Source of the DNA: Octopus vulgaris
Taxonomy: Eukaryota
NCBI GenBank assembly: GCA_951406725.2
Contig: OX597815.1
Span: 112,282,001 to 112,346,000 of the forward strand
Length of the DNA: 64,000 bases
Direction: 5' to 3'
Both the position numbers and the translations under genes were made by a program. A model generated the notes under the pieces. That model made no database searches and was not told the DNA's origin. It saw only the letters and a program-made list of their open reading frames with translations. How positions within the stretch are numbered: the stretch's first letter is position 1; each line of letters begins with the position of its first letter. This document shows, piece by piece, positions 1 to 14,501 of the stretch.

Positions 1-467
1 AAAATTGACACGAAACGCAGTCTCTTTTGGCCACATGTCCACTACAACACTTCACACTTTGAAGGCTATGCATTAGCAATCCAAGAATAGGAGATTGCCA
101 CAAAGTACAGTGGTACTCTTGTAATCCCAAGGTGCAACCGAATGTGTAGGATATGTCATGTTTCTGTGGAAGACATCACGCATGTGATTAGCAGTTGTCC
201 TAAAATGTCGTCACGGTACTACATCCCTATTAGGCACGATGTTGATGCTAAAACAATTTACAATGCCATCCGCAGAAAAGACTGTCCTGAAATAAACTTA
301 GAAAATCCCTCTGTTATGAAATACATTCATAAATACCAACTCAAGGAGTACTGGTTGATTATTCCCATCAAAACGGTTGTCAAATGTAAACATAACATGC
401 AAAACATTATTGTTATTTCGAACAGTGGGGCAAAAGTATGTAACATTGTAGTTGTTAGCTGCCCCGC

Positions 468-470
<3 letters not shown>
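1..470 (+). mobile_element. R4/Dong-like non-LTR retrotransposon, C-terminal fragment (CCHC finger, RHD motif, start of RLE), degenerate
   Basis: Translation CRICHVSVEDITHVISSC...IRHD... and VSCPAD; similar to the copy at 28.9-29.3 kb; interrupted by (TA)n at 470. Confidence 0.8.
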
Positions 471-520
<50 letters not shown>

Positions 521-558
521 TCTTAGAAGGTTTGGAGATGTTGTACAGGTATTTTATA

Positions 559-834
559 TTTCAGATACAAACACACACACACACATACACGTGCGCGCAC
601 ATATACACACACACACACACTCTCTCACAAGACAATGATAAAAAGGAAATACAAACAATTTATTGAAAAGTGACATTTTGCTCCCCCCTTGGAGTAAACA
701 GTTGGATTTACCATTACTAAAAGCCAAGAATTATTATTGACAAATCAACCAACTGCAAAGATATCAACAAAATTTCTCTCCTTCTTCCTTTCCTTATTTT
801 TCTTTAACACCCGTTTCAGATACAAACACACGCC

Positions 835-919
<85 letters not shown>

Positions 920-1020
920 GATAATGATAAAAAAGAAATCCAGACAATTTTTTGAAAAGTTACATTTTTCCCCCATTGGAGCAAACAGTCGATTATTATT
1001 GACAACCTGACCAGCTGCAA
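559..1020. repeat. Diverged tandem duplication of a ~250 bp unit containing (CA)n/(CT)n
   Basis: tttcagatacaaacacac...aagacaatgataaaaaggaaatacaaacaatttattgaaaagtgacatttt recurs as tttcagatacaaacacac...aagataatgataaaaaagaaatccagacaattttttgaaaagttacatttt. Confidence 0.85.
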
Positions 1021-2479
1021 ACAGATTTTTGAAGCAAAATAACACCAAATATATAGTGCGTGTGTTTTTATTGGCTAAACTGGCAATATGACCATTCCGA
1101 AATATAACAATATCTGTTTCAACACATATATACTAACTTAACAGATATTTATAGTTAATTATTAAATAGTAATTTTTGGTATTAATAAGTTAAATTAAGG
1201 CATATGATAAAAATTTATATATTTTCTATATGCTAATAATTTTAGAGCATATTTCTTGTATTATAAAATAAATAGTGAAATATATCAGTATGGTTTTATA
1301 TAGATTGAGTATGAAATTTATAGAAATATATTATATATAAAATGATACAGTGAGTAAATAAGTAAGAAATGTTAGTTTAAAATTAAAGTAAAGACATGCA
1401 AATGAATATAATGAAAAATAAATAAAAATCCCTATAGAATATTATAGACAAGGGGTAGAACAGATTTGTGTTCTAAAAACTTATTATAATATATACCTAG
1501 CTTATTTATATTAATAGGTTAGGTAAGTTGTTAGAAGAAATTTATTATAATTCTACAAATTTTAGACTAAAATTTATATTTACTTATCATGGTAATATCT
1601 ATAAATGACTAGTGTTTAATGCCGGGTAAAGAGATGATCAAGTTATTGGGCAAACAAATTACATTATTAACAAAACTTTTATAAAATTGTGGGTTTTGTT
1701 ATAGATTTTTAAAAAATGCTATTATTATTCCTTATATGATAATATATAATTAATAATTGGTACTTATAAAATGTTATTTACTTATTTATATATAATCTAT
1801 TTATATAAAGTTTTCTAATACATACAAAGATCATGAGTGTAGAGTTGTTTTAGTGAAATAGAAATCAAGTAACTTAGATATTATTATCTATTTTTATCAG
1901 GTTTTAAATATTAATTACGGAGATTTAGATCTTTTTAAGAGGAGATTCCCAGTAAATAAGGCATTAATTGACTCACATACCAAAATCCTTAAAACACAAT
2001 GGAAGGGAGGTAACCAAAATGTAAATTTAAAAAAATGAAAATAGAATTATTTATTTATATGGAAATCCTATATTTGTATTAAGAGTAAAGTGTGGTTATA
2101 TGGAATATAATAATTTAGGCTTATTAAAGTCATTATTTGTAATACCGAAAAGGATCAGGTGGAGTAGAATTCTCCTAGAAATAAATGTGAAAATTACCAA
2201 ATCTTTAAAACTTATTATGAAGTAAGTATACAACTTAAAAACTTCATTAGATATATAGAATTTACGTAATAAATCTAGAAAATTAAAAAGAAATTATTCA
2301 ACTTTATTCAATTTGCTCATGTTATTAAATGTCCCAATACCTATTGCTGATTAAATAATAAAATATAGCAGGGTATGCTATTTCCTTATTGATTTTTAAA
2401 AAAACATTAAGATCTAAAATTCAGGAATAACAGAATGCTATTTTTTAAAGTATTTAAACGTACGGGTAATACAATATAT

Positions 2480-2880
2480 ACACGATACTCCTAGTTCGAA
2501 ACAGTTATTTAATAAGTTTACGTTATCTTAATGTTTCAAAATGTCATATATCTCCATAGAGCAAAGCTCACATCCATATCTACTATTTTTATAAGGTTGT
2601 GCTAAATCTAATTTTATTTTAACTCCCAAATTTTATTGGATAATATTGTACAACTTGCCTTATATTTAAGTTTAAAAGATGACTTGTAGCTGTTTATTCA
2701 TTTCTTCAGATCTATCGAGCAACTGAAGTAAATACAGTTATTAGTTGAAGTCATTACTGAACATTTATATACTACGTTTTGGACCAGACACCGACCAGAT
2801 ACCGGACAATGGGACTTGGTTCTACAATTACAACGAGGGGAATGATTTTGGATATTAGTATTATTTAAATGAGAATCTGG
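2480..2880 (-). mobile_element. Penelope-like element GIY-YIG endonuclease relic
   Basis: CNCRTKSHCPVSGRCLVQNVVYKC, then ..YKSSFKLKYKASCTILSNKIWELK; matches the better preserved copy at 8.0-8.7 kb. Confidence 0.8.
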
Positions 2881-2884
2881 ATAA

Positions 2885-3075
2885 ACAGCGATTTTCAGAA
2901 AGAGAAATCGACCGGCTAATTCGTACATTACAAGTGTAATTTGTAAGTGGAACAGTAAAATCATGCAAGGCTTTTCTCAAGTTCCAACTGTAAATTTGTC
3001 TGTATTAACTACATCACAATGATGGAGCCTTGCATCTTTGTTGGAAACCGGCTCCCTCCTCAGTAGAAGATTTAT
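2885..3075 (+). mobile_element. R4/Dong-like 3' end (ORF terminus and 3' UTR)
   Basis: FSEREIDRLIRTLQV*FVSGTVKSCKAFLKFQL* resembles the terminus at 29.7-29.8 kb; the UTR motif gccttg..tct....aaaccgg is shared with 29.6 kb. Confidence 0.6.
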
Positions 3076-6065
3076 AATAATTAATTAATAGAAGAGACAT
3101 ACGTACATATGATGGTATATAAATGTGTGTGCGTGTTGGAATATGTGTGTGTATCATTGCGTGCATGTAATACTGAATTCTAACATTGTGATATCTTAAT
3201 ATGTTTACAGTATGGCGTGCTATTGTTTTCCTTGGTTTTTTCTTAATTTTTGATTTGTTTTTGCATCATCACTTTCAAAAACCCCTCATTCATTCTTATC
3301 AGATACATTGTATGAGGATCATCGTTATGGAATGTGTGGTTTCACTCTTAACACAACGAGATAAAATTAGTATATCACTTGCTAGTTAATTCACCATGCC
3401 AAGAAGTTTATCATTTGTATATATTTTTGTGGTAGTATATTTCAAAAGCAGTTTTTATCATACAGACCCATTTCAAAAGACAATGAGTTATGACGTTTAC
3501 GCATGTTTTTTGTAATTTTCAAATGACTTTTTTTTTATTTAAATCTAGATCACACTGTATATACTACATTTTAGAAAAGAGCGCAGTTTGACTTGACGTA
3601 TATTTACGCTTTCGGTCATAATTAATGTGAGTTTGTAATATTGTAACCGATTAATTTTTGAAGCAGAGATAATTACTAGTCTGTTTTCGAATAAGCTGGA
3701 GATTTCATTTATACTACTTGCTCAGCTATTGCTCCCTATTTAAGTGGACTATTAAAAGAAAATCAGCCAGAATGAGACTTACCACCTCGAGATATCCGCC
3801 AGAATTCAACTAATATAGTGGACGCACTAAAGTTCCTCACGAAATAAACAAAATACAGTCGCTGAGTTTACACTATTTCGAAACGAAGATGGTTACAATA
3901 TTATCAACCATATGAATGATAATCGAAATCACAAGACTTACTATCCAAAACCACTAATAATCTTTCATCATTAACATACGTTATTCAACAAGTGTTCTAG
4001 CTTGAAGAATTCCTTGCTGTTTACTGAGTTATGCACTTAGTATAAATTAACGAAGACCAAGCTTGGATTGCACGAAGGCGTGCAATTTTCTTAAGTCATG
4101 CAAGACACATGTTTGTATTTTGCATCCATTTTCACAGCTCTTCACATGCTTACTCAACAGGTGATGATCAGAGTTTGTTGGAGAACCCTGTGTCGTTAAC
4201 CTGCGCATCTGAGCCCTTTCTGAAGCATTACTGGAAAACAATCTACCACTCACATCGTTCGTATCCATCACGTCAAATTTGAGTGTATTCCGTATATTCT
4301 TTCTTGGTCCATTGGTTATGCAGTAATCCGATCACAAGAAGGAAACAACTTAGTAACACGTGCTACCGTGAAACACTATATGAGTTCAGAACGAGATCAC
4401 CGTCGTTAATCCCTTGTCTAACGTAATTTCAATAGTTCAGGCGCGCATGCGTGTGTTTCTATTGCAGAAAGCCCATAGGTGGAAATAAAGAAAAAAAAAT
4501 TCATCGATATTGACATATTCTTTGGATATATTTTTTTCTCTTGTTTACGAAACAGCTAAAATTACGGAAAGCACCCATAGTTTAAACTTCAGAAAGGAAA
4601 ATCTAACTCTGAGCGAGAAGAATATTATTAAGGATATACAACAAAGGAGAATGGGATGATTATGTAGACAGAAAAATATTGCATTTTGGATAAATATACT
4701 CATTTAATGAGTGCACGAATGGTCTTTTTGAATAGGTGTGTTATAGTTAATGAAGATTCTGCTTCTGTTCTGATTATTTGCAGACAGATTTCCCACGACT
4801 TAGGAGATTTAAGTCATGAACAGAAAAAGATAGTTGGCCAGTACGTCTTGGGCATTGTGGCATATCAAAATATAATCAAGAACTTAAGTGTATTTAATGT
4901 ATTATGATGATATCTTGTATTTGGCTATTATACTATTGAGAACAACAGCTGAATTTGTAGATTTTAAATACGGTATACGTAACCACATTTGTTTTTATTG
5001 GAATTGCAAACATCGTACATTGTATTTCTTTTATCAATGTTTGATATCTTTTCACAACCATTTATTCACCAATCATCCTTTCGATAATATTATCGCTTGC
5101 TACTTGTTACAATGCCGCGAGGAGAGGAATATTCCTCACAAACATGGACAGATAGATTAGATCGTATCAAATAAATACTTCGACATTAACACGCCTGTCC
5201 CATTACACATATTGCAAAATAATATAATTCTATTGGGATATTTGTTGCTTTTTACATTTGCTTCTTTGTTTGAAACAAAATATTTAACTAAAATAAATTT
5301 TCTTTACTCATTATTCCAATTCAGTGATAAAGTACAGGTTGTATGAATAAATTTTTCACAAAGTCTAAGAAACTAAAACAATATAATTTGATTTAAATAA
5401 AATAAATTGAATATAAACCAGATGAGTGAATGAACGCTTAAAGAGAGTAACTTGTCATTCTGTATAAAGTATTTATGGCCGTCTCTTCACAATAACATTG
5501 CAATCTAAAATTATAAAACTTTAGTATATTTTGTTTCCGTTGTTTGTCGATAATCTATATTGGTTAATTGAATGAAAACATTCTCTGGAGGTACCAAGTA
5601 TATTTTGCATTTGTATATACGTATATAAATATATTATAATAAAAGACTGTGATGTACTTGTTTAAAATCTGTGATGGACTCTATACTTTAAATGCAGACT
5701 ATTAGTGTAGAAGCGTTAATGCGCATCTTTACCCTTATGTTATAATGACACTTTGTAAATATTTTTTGAAATATTTTGTAGCTGCTTTTACTTTTTGTTT
5801 TTGCCTATGTCACTAAGTGTCTTCTTTAATAAAAATATTTGAACTGCTTTCAGGTATTTGTAAGGTTTAAAACTGTTATTTCTGTCTTTAGATTTCGTAT
5901 GAAAGAAACTTCACTACATGAATATTTGTACACATATATGTGTGCATGCATGTGAATTTGTGTGTATACGTGTGGGCTTCCGTTAGATGCATGTATATAT
6001 ATATATATATATATATACTTATATACATATATATATATATGTATGTATACATATCTATGTATGTA

Positions 6066-6130
<65 letters not shown>

Positions 6131-6859
6131 GGAGATAGAGCGAGAAAGAGAGTGATAAACATACATATACATACGAAGTATGCATATTTGTATTAATATA
6201 TATGTCTATATATGTAGATGTATGTAAGAAGAATATGTATGGTTATGCGTATGTGGGTATTCATATATCTATGTATGCATATATATGTGTGTATTCAGGT
6301 GTGTGTATGTGTGTACATACCTATACATACAGGCATCCCAACGTGCATTCACACTCGCGTTTCCGCAACTTCATTCCTCTTTTTGATTTATTCTCATTTT
6401 AGCTTGTCTCTCTTTTTCTACTCCTCCCTTATTTTTCGCTTCTCTCTCTCTCTCACTCTCTCTCACTCTCTCTCTCTCTCTCTCGTCTTTTTACCTCTCC
6501 TCTCTGTTTCTCTTATGTGTTTTTGTTCCCACTTCGCTGAGACTTACTTTCATTTCTCTCTAATATCTTTCATTATCGTATCTCTCTTAAATAGCTAACT
6601 CATTCTTACATTATCATTAACTTTATTATTAATAGCTGCTACTATTTACAGTTCCATTACTGCAACTATCTTTTGTGCCATAAGCTATAACGGACATCAT
6701 TATTTCTAACATATTTGATTGTATGTATATATGATTGATGAATATATATATATATACCGGAGTAAACACATAAATGTGAAACAAGGTGAAAAAAGAGTAC
6801 TCAAATACCAGTGGTAGAGTAATATGCTTTATTTTAAGCAGCAGAAAATTCAACAAAAT

Positions 6860-6897
6860 CTGTTACTCTGAGTTTCTCGTTGCCGTTCATCAGACAG
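6860..6897 (-). ncRNA. Minimal type I hammerhead ribozyme in the PLE 3' repeat
   Basis: Minus strand: ctgt CTGATGA a-cg-gcaa-cg-a GAAA ctc-a-gag TA acag. Confidence 0.8.
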
Positions 6898-7986
6898 TTT
6901 TTGCTAGAATGGAACTTATATATCAATTCAATCTATACTCTTACAAACGCTACACCTTTAAAAAGAAATGGACTTGTTTGATTGGCCCTTTAGAAAAAAA
7001 CGGTCAATCTTCGAGCGATAAACAAAAAGGTCAAAAATATATGTATATATATATAAAAAAACTTATAAAAATTATAAATTCCGAGGAAAAAACCGAGGAA
7101 AAAACCTATTGCCGTTAATGAAGACAGTGCAAATTAAAGCATAGAAATTAAACCTGTTATAAATACTGCAAAACATATTTATATTAAAATCTACATATAT
7201 ATATCAACATACACAAAAGGATGCGCGTAAACGCCATACATACATATACAGACGTATGAATATGAATCTAAATATACACATAAAAGCATGTGTACATATA
7301 TTCACGCAAACCGTCTCGCACGCAAGCTAAAATTCATCTATGTAGCAATTCTCATATACTGAGCAAGGAGGGGGAACGAAAGAAAGGGAAAGAGAGAAAA
7401 AGGAACGAAGGAGGGGGGGGAAACTTGTAACGATGTTATTGGCATCTATAGAGACCAGTATACATACACAAGTTTGAATGGATACATATACATACCGTCG
7501 TGTATATGTGTGCTTAAGCACAAGCATACTTTCACTTACACATACACAGATACGCATGCTTACAAATACATATGCTTTGCTATACACATACTTATATAAA
7601 CATTCTAATTTTGACAACATTACTTTTTTTTAAAAAACATTGCTTTTAAAAAATGGGTGCATTAATAAAAATATATACGAAAGACATATAAAATAAAATA
7701 TAACATCCTATTTTGGGTCATTTATAAATAATCAAGGTAATATAAATAATCAAGGTAATCCTATGCAATACAATAACATGAAAACAAAGTTTGTAGGTTT
7801 TTCCTAATATATATGTAGAAACATAAGACTTTGCTATACGGATTAAGATCCGCGTAGCTTGGAAACAGAATCAAAATCCATCATAGCGCTCAAGAGTCAA
7901 AATCAAAATCAAAAATCAAAAATACAAAATATATACTCTATCCATATGGTATATTTATATTCGACATTTTAAATTTAGCCGCGTGC

Positions 7987-8711
7987 CTATAATAAGTTCA
8001 TTAACTCACTTATTTGATTCAAAGAATTATTGTCTTTGAATAAGATGTACATTTTTTCTAATAGGCAAAGTCTGCACTTGAAATTATATTTGTAAGCTCC
8101 ATGCCTGTATGGTGCCACCCTGTCCAGAATGCTCCATGTCACGTTGAAAGGTGGGGCTTCCTTTTCTTTTAGTTCCCAGACATATTTTGCTAGGCTGGTT
8201 TTCTTCCTATTCTCTGGGTATTTAAAAGAATTTTTATGAGAATAAAATCTTGTTTTAAATGAATTTTCTGAAGCCCCTGTGTATGTCTTGTATTCCGATG
8301 AGCCTTCCACTTGCACCTTGGCTCTATAAACTACTCCTTTCACTAGATACTTCCCTTCTAACGGACAGGTGCTTTCGTTTTTGAAATTACATTTCTTAAT
8401 GGGCTCGGCACCATGTCTAATCTCAATTAGCTTCCTATTATGTTGGCTAATGTAAGAGGCGAAATTTCTGCAACAAGAATAGCTAACCTTCAGGGTTCTT
8501 CTATTAAATATTCTGTAGAATTTATGACCCTGCTTAAAATGCTTAGAGACTAATCTCAAAAATTCCTTACCTATATTAGTCTTTACGGCCAAATTGAAAG
8601 CCGGGTTGAACCACAAAACTTTCCTGGTCCTAGTTCTTCGTGCAGCATTATTATTAGCATTAAGCTGGTTGAACTGGATCTTCTCCGAGAATCCACTATT
8701 CTTTAATGCGC
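7987..8711 (-). pseudogene. PLE ORF 3' part (GIY-YIG endonuclease); the upstream part of the listed 432-aa ORF is inverted UTR and (TA)n
   Basis: VVY...YTG GIY-YIG-type motif with Cys-rich flanks. Confidence 0.85.
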
Positions 8712-8834
8712 TATCGCTCGAAGATTGACCGTTTTTTTCTAAAGGGCCAATCAAACAAGTCCATTTCTTTTTAAAGGTGTAGCGTTTGTAAGAGTATAGA
8801 TTGAATTGATATATAAGTTCCATTCTAGCAAAAA

Positions 8835-8872
8835 CTGTCTGATGAACGGCAACGAGAAACTCAGAGTAACAG
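8835..8872 (+). ncRNA. Minimal type I hammerhead ribozyme (inverted copy)
   Basis: ctgt CTGATGA acggcaacga GAAA ctcagag TA acag. Confidence 0.8.
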
Positions 8873-8904
8873 ATTTTGTTGAATTTTCTGCTGCTTAAAA
8901 TAAA

Positions 8905-8979
<75 letters not shown>

Positions 8980-8992
8980 CATGTACATATAC

Positions 8993-9031
<39 letters not shown>

Positions 9032-9083
9032 AATATATATATATACACATATACATGTACATATACATATATATATACATATA

Positions 9084-9155
<72 letters not shown>

Positions 9156-9489
9156 CATGCATGTGTGCGTGTTCGTGCGTATGGCTGTGTGCATGTGTGC
9201 GTGTGTGTGTATGCATGTACGTGTATTGATAAACGTATGCATGCATGTACTTATGTATGTATTTGACACATACGGAAAAATACATGTATGAGCAAACACA
9301 ACACTGAATGCTTAAAGAGTGACATGATTTTATTTTTAATTACGTTTGTCTTCCCTCCTAAACACATTCTTTTCCCTCTCAAATTCTGTCTTATTTTATT
9401 ACGTTAAGACGATTTTCAGTCACACGGGCCATTTTAATTTTGCTCCCCACTCAAATTTTGTTGTGTTCCTCTTTTGAATATGCCTTTGT

Positions 9490-9569
<80 letters not shown>

Positions 9570-10028
9570 GTGAGTGTAAGTGTGCGTACTTTAATAATAT
9601 TTGGTCTTTGTTTATCTATCTGTTGCGCTTATATTTCGTTGTATTTTATTTGTTTTTATATTTATTCATTTTTTTTTATATTTATTCATTGAAAATGTTG
9701 TGTTAATGGCTTCAGAAAAGAATAAATCAAAATAGAATAGAATATAATACCTTTCCCGTTTATATTTGGAAGTATGACACATACATTGAATTTTCATTTC
9801 ATAAGTCAAACACGGACGATACATAATATGCAGCTGGAGAAAAGCATTTATAGAGTGTTTTGTGTAAGATAGTGAAGTCAGTTGTTTCTGGTTGCCGATT
9901 CAGAATATAAATCAGAGAATTAATATTTATATAACTGCTTATAAGATTTTTGTGAGGAAATTGCTTGTACACACACATGCGCGCACGAACGTACACACGC
10001 ACACACATATTGCATTCACGATTAAGAG

Positions 10029-10076
<48 letters not shown>

Positions 10077-10536
10077 TACGTGCATATGACAGTGATTGAG
10101 GCATCCGCATTGACAATCTAATTACGTCAGGAAAACACAAATATTGAATTGTAAATTCTTACGTAAATAGACTTAATGATACAGCATTTCCAGTAAAAAT
10201 ATAATCATCTAATACAAAGGTGTGATGAACAGGAGAATACATCCGGGTTTGTTGCATCCTCAAGTAACTTTCAAATTGTTAAATCGCGTTCTGTTTAAGT
10301 ACAGAGAATGTAAGGCTGGAATTTGAGTTATCTTGCATAAATATGAAACTGTTGTCAGAAACTACGACATAATTCACACGAGTCATGCAGCACATTCACA
10401 GTGGTTACATTAGTACGTGGATTGCATCTGGTTTTCCTTTGTAGTGCATATGTTGTAGCATGGAGAGAACTATTTTAATTTGGATTTCCACTTAATCAAA
10501 CTCACGTTTTACCTTCAATATATATACATGTACATG

Positions 10537-10651
<115 letters not shown>

Positions 10652-10676
10652 GTATATGTACATGTACGTGATACAC

Positions 10677-10721
10677 ACGGACTCGAGTTTCTGGGTGGTT
10701 ACCCGTCCCCTTCGTAAGTTT
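10677..10721 (-). ncRNA. Degenerate hammerhead-like motif next to (TA)n
   Basis: Minus: CTTACGA aggg...ccca GAAA ctcgag TC; G5 mutated, stem I poor. Confidence 0.4.
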
Positions 10722-11393
10722 ATCGCCAGCTAGTGATGAAAACTCACCCCACATTTTCTGTTTGATGGTTTATTGTATTTCCTTGGTTATGTCAGACAAC
10801 TCATTTGATCTGCAATTTACCAGCATTTTATAAACATACTGCACTTATTCTGAAAATCTGCATTTGGCAGTTTGGTAATCTGATTCGTAAACAGTTTGCT
10901 ATTAATGTTTTGGTTGTGTTAACAAAGTAGGTTAGAAAATATTGTAGGGTTCACTTACTTAATGTAGAATGTGTACATGGAAGTTAGAAGTATACTTAAA
11001 TGGGAGAGATAAAACCTTTGAGTAAGTGAAGGCCTTACTCTTGTGTTAATGTAGCTTTCAAGGTGTTGTGAAAACCAACGTCTGCCAGTTTCTTCGACGT
11101 TTGGAATAGACCACTCATAATAGAAAATTTCGCTAAAATCATATTAAAAGATGTAAAATTGTTATAACTTACATTAAACATACTGGAATACTAAGAAATA
11201 CACTAATTTCGAAAACCGTCGAACGGTAATTCACAAATAAAGATGATTATTATTTTAAAACAATAATCTTATATTTCGGATGAAAGTACACTTCTACTAA
11301 AGATTAAGGTGTTACGTTGAAAATAAAAAGATATTTGAATCATTTTCATTGATATATATTTCCATTAATACTTTATATAAATTCAAATTAAAT

Positions 11394-11446
11394 AACTCTT
11401 GCTGATAAAAGTTTCCAAGATTAAAACTGAAACAAATTGTAGGGTT
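11394..11446 (+). ncRNA. Degenerate hammerhead-like motif
   Basis: CTGATAA a-agttt..aaact GAAA caaattg TA; weak stem I. Confidence 0.4.
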
Positions 11447-11783
11447 TCATTTGTTTCTTAAAATATTGCTTCTCTAAATATCCATACATAATTTAACATA
11501 ATTAATGCACACAGAATGAAAAGCAACATCACATATACGGGCAAATATGCACAGATGCTCACATATATATATGTGTTTGTGTCTGCGTGTGTGTGTGTAT
11601 GTGTGTGTGTGTGTACATATACACACTGTAAGTGGTCAAGAAATAAACTGTAACATCGGATGGATGTTAAAGGGAGTTTACCAAAAGCCCCAACTTCTAA
11701 AGGAACCAGTCTTGACAGAGGAATTCGGTATATGCCTGAATATTATATCCTTCCTCTTATTACACACACACACACAAACACAC

Positions 11784-11814
<31 letters not shown>

Positions 11815-11834
11815 AATATGTATATATATGTATA

Positions 11835-11870
<36 letters not shown>

Positions 11871-12119
11871 TGTATGTATGTATGTATGTATGTATGTATG
11901 TATGTGTATAGGAGAGAGAAAGAAAGACAATGAGAGAAATTATCAACCCAAGCAAATTCCTTCATAATCTCTGTTTTCATACCAGGCTTGATTAAACCTA
12001 TCTGTAGTGTACCTGTAGTGTGCATCGGAAACAGCTGTAAGCCAAATTTGCTTCAATAAATGAATAAGGTTTAATGTCCATTATTTGTAACTTGTTTCTT
12101 ATATATATATGTATGTATG

Positions 12120-13780
12120 GAAAGAATTTGCTCGTGATGTTTAGGCTGTTGCTGATGCAAATGACACCAAGAAGCTTTACCACCTTATTGGACTAAGAGC
12201 TCTGCATCATCTCCTTTGATTTATAAAGTGTCTTCTACTCTGTTTATTAAATCAACGGAAATCACAGGTCGCTGGATTGAACACTTCTCTAAACTGCTAA
12301 ACCATGAGTCAGTTGTGGATACAGTGATTGATACTATGCAATGAAGATTTATCATTGGCTTCTAAAATTCCACACCTTCAAGAGATGAGCATGTTTCTGG
12401 CAAATATTCTTCTTAACTGCCTGAATGGGTGCCTCGTAAATGATGTCCTATCTGAATTTCAATGTGGCTTCTGATCTGGTAGAAGGACAATGGATATAAT
12501 TTTCACGGCAAGACAAATGCAGGAGGAGTGCTATGAGCAGAATATTTATCTTGTCCAGATATTCATTGATTTAACCACGGCCTTTTATACTGTGAATAGG
12601 GCCTTGCTATGAGTAATACTTAGCAAGCTTGGATGTTCGCATCACTTTGTAGCAATCATTAAATCATTTCATGATTGGATGGAGGCTTGGGTCAATGTCG
12701 GTTGTGGCATGGTGGGACCCATTCCCGTAGAGAATGGTGTCAAACAGGGTGACAACCTTGCTCCAACTCTCTTTTCTTCGTACCTTGCTGCTACTTTTAC
12801 TCGCGCTTTTGATAAGGTAAACTCTCTGGAAGTATATGTCAGGTATCGATCTTCTGACCGCCTTGCAAGACATATGGACTCAGCATTAGCCTGGACAGGA
12901 TTATTGCAATGTTCCAGGCTGCACCATATGTGGAACTAGCTATCTTGGATGAAAGAACAATACTGAAAGTGGTAAACACGTTTGTCGGCCCGGGTAACAC
13001 ACTCAGCTGTTATTGCACCCTGGATGATGTAATATCTTTCAGTCTGCAGAGAGCAACTGTTTCGTTCTGGTGTCTTGAGTCTCCTTTCTGGTCCCAGCAT
13101 GGCATCACAAAGCAAACAAAAATTGCTGTGTACCGTGCAAGTGTACTGACATCACTCCTTTACTCATGGGAGACACGAACCCTTCACAAACATCATGTAA
13201 ATGTCATTGAATGCTTCCATCTGAGATGATAAGACACATTCTAAATGTCAGCTGGACCATAAAAACTCCAGACACATAGGTCTTGAAGAAAGCTGATATC
13301 TTGAGTATTGAAGCGATGGTGCACAAGCACCGATTACATTGGAATGGACATCTTAGTAGAATGATGTATAGCTGGATCCCTAAACAGATGTAAGATGCGG
13401 AACTTGTTAGTGAAAAGTGACCTCCGCAGAAACCAAGGCTGCGATTTAAGGACTGTGTCAAGTGCTCATTAGAGGCTTGTGATATGCAGGAGACCGACTG
13501 GAAGAACAATAAGCTGCCATCGCCACAGATGGAGGAAGCTGGTTAAGGAGGGGGTTGACACCTTTGAAAGAGAACGTATTCTTCATGTAGAATTTAAGCA
13601 TGCTACTCTAAAGCGCAGTGCATAGGGAAAGTTTGGTTTGAAATGTGTGCAGTCGTATGCTTATCAAGACCAGGGTCCATTAGCCACCAACGGACCCGCA
13701 AATGCAAAATATAAGTAATAACCTAGAGCGCACAATGTTCCTTAAGGTTAGCAATGGTCTTCCTCGGTCACAGGTGGACG
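12120..13780 (+). mobile_element. RTE-clade LINE RT relic (frameshifted, with stops)
   Basis: FQCGF*SGRRTMDIIF, GVKQGDNLAPTLF, TKIAVYRASVLTSLLYSWET, HRLHWNGHLSRM. Confidence 0.9.
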
Positions 13781-13825
13781 GACATCACACACACGCACAC
13801 ACACATACATACATACATACATACA

Positions 13826-13887
<62 letters not shown>

Positions 13888-13982
13888 GATACATATATAT
13901 ATATATATATATATACATATATATATACCCATATACATGCGTGTACATTCCTACATACATATTCTTACATATACATATATAT

Positions 13983-14027
<45 letters not shown>

Positions 14028-14459
14028 TATACATATATATATATATATACATCTATACGGACACATAGATACATACACACACATAAATATACACACATAA
14101 CCATAGATATCTGCATACGTAACACTTTGAGATAGGACATTTACAAAAACTACATACTGTATTTCTTTTGCGCTTATACACATGTACCTACCTAGACATA
14201 TATAGATATATACACATAAAAACACAAATAACCAAATACATATGGTAAAAGGTTTTCTCTCAGCTGTATATTTACTTGATAAGAATATATTCCACATGTT
14301 TTAAATCATTCTATATGGATAATAGAAAAAGTGTATTTTCCACTTCGTATCTACACATTCTCCGAGAAAAAGTCCATATATTCTTCTGCGTGTATAGGCA
14401 CAAAAGCACATACATTTTTTTCTCTGTAGTTTCAGCTCAGAGCTGCGGCCAAGCTGATG

Positions 14460-14501
<42 letters not shown>

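Larger units (their letters stand above)
6757..8905 (-). mobile_element. 5'-truncated Penelope-like element (RT C-terminal linker + GIY-YIG + 3' UTR) with an inverted terminal duplication, flanked by (TA)n
   Basis: KVLWFNPAFNLAVKTNIGKEFLRLVSKHF...KVSYSC...CPLEGKYLVKGVVY...YTGASENSFKTRFYSH...CRLCLLEK; 6827-7020 is the reverse complement of 8712-8905. Confidence 0.9.

Noticed and set aside
1100-2450. Very AT-rich stretch that might be PLE RT or a mitochondrial insert
   Set aside because: No RT or mitochondrial gene motifs could be read with confidence; possibly UTR of the adjacent PLE relic
3015-3056. HHR-like ATGATGG...GAAA ccgg in the Dong-like 3' UTR (also ~29610-29650)
   Set aside because: No A9 or U16.1 at 3015, no GAAA at 29610, and no supportable stem I
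4047-4271. Possible piggyBac Cys-rich C-terminus
   Set aside because: Cys/His spacing incomplete and no catalytic motifs or TTAA-flanked TIRs recognised
6786-7118. 110-aa ORF sharing a peptide with the 432-aa ORF
   Set aside because: The identity comes from the 194-bp inverted duplication of non-coding PLE terminal sequence
11265-11305. Minus-strand aatct...catcc GAAA ta TA agatt
   Set aside because: Stem I and the GAAA half fit, but the CUGANGA half is unrecognisable
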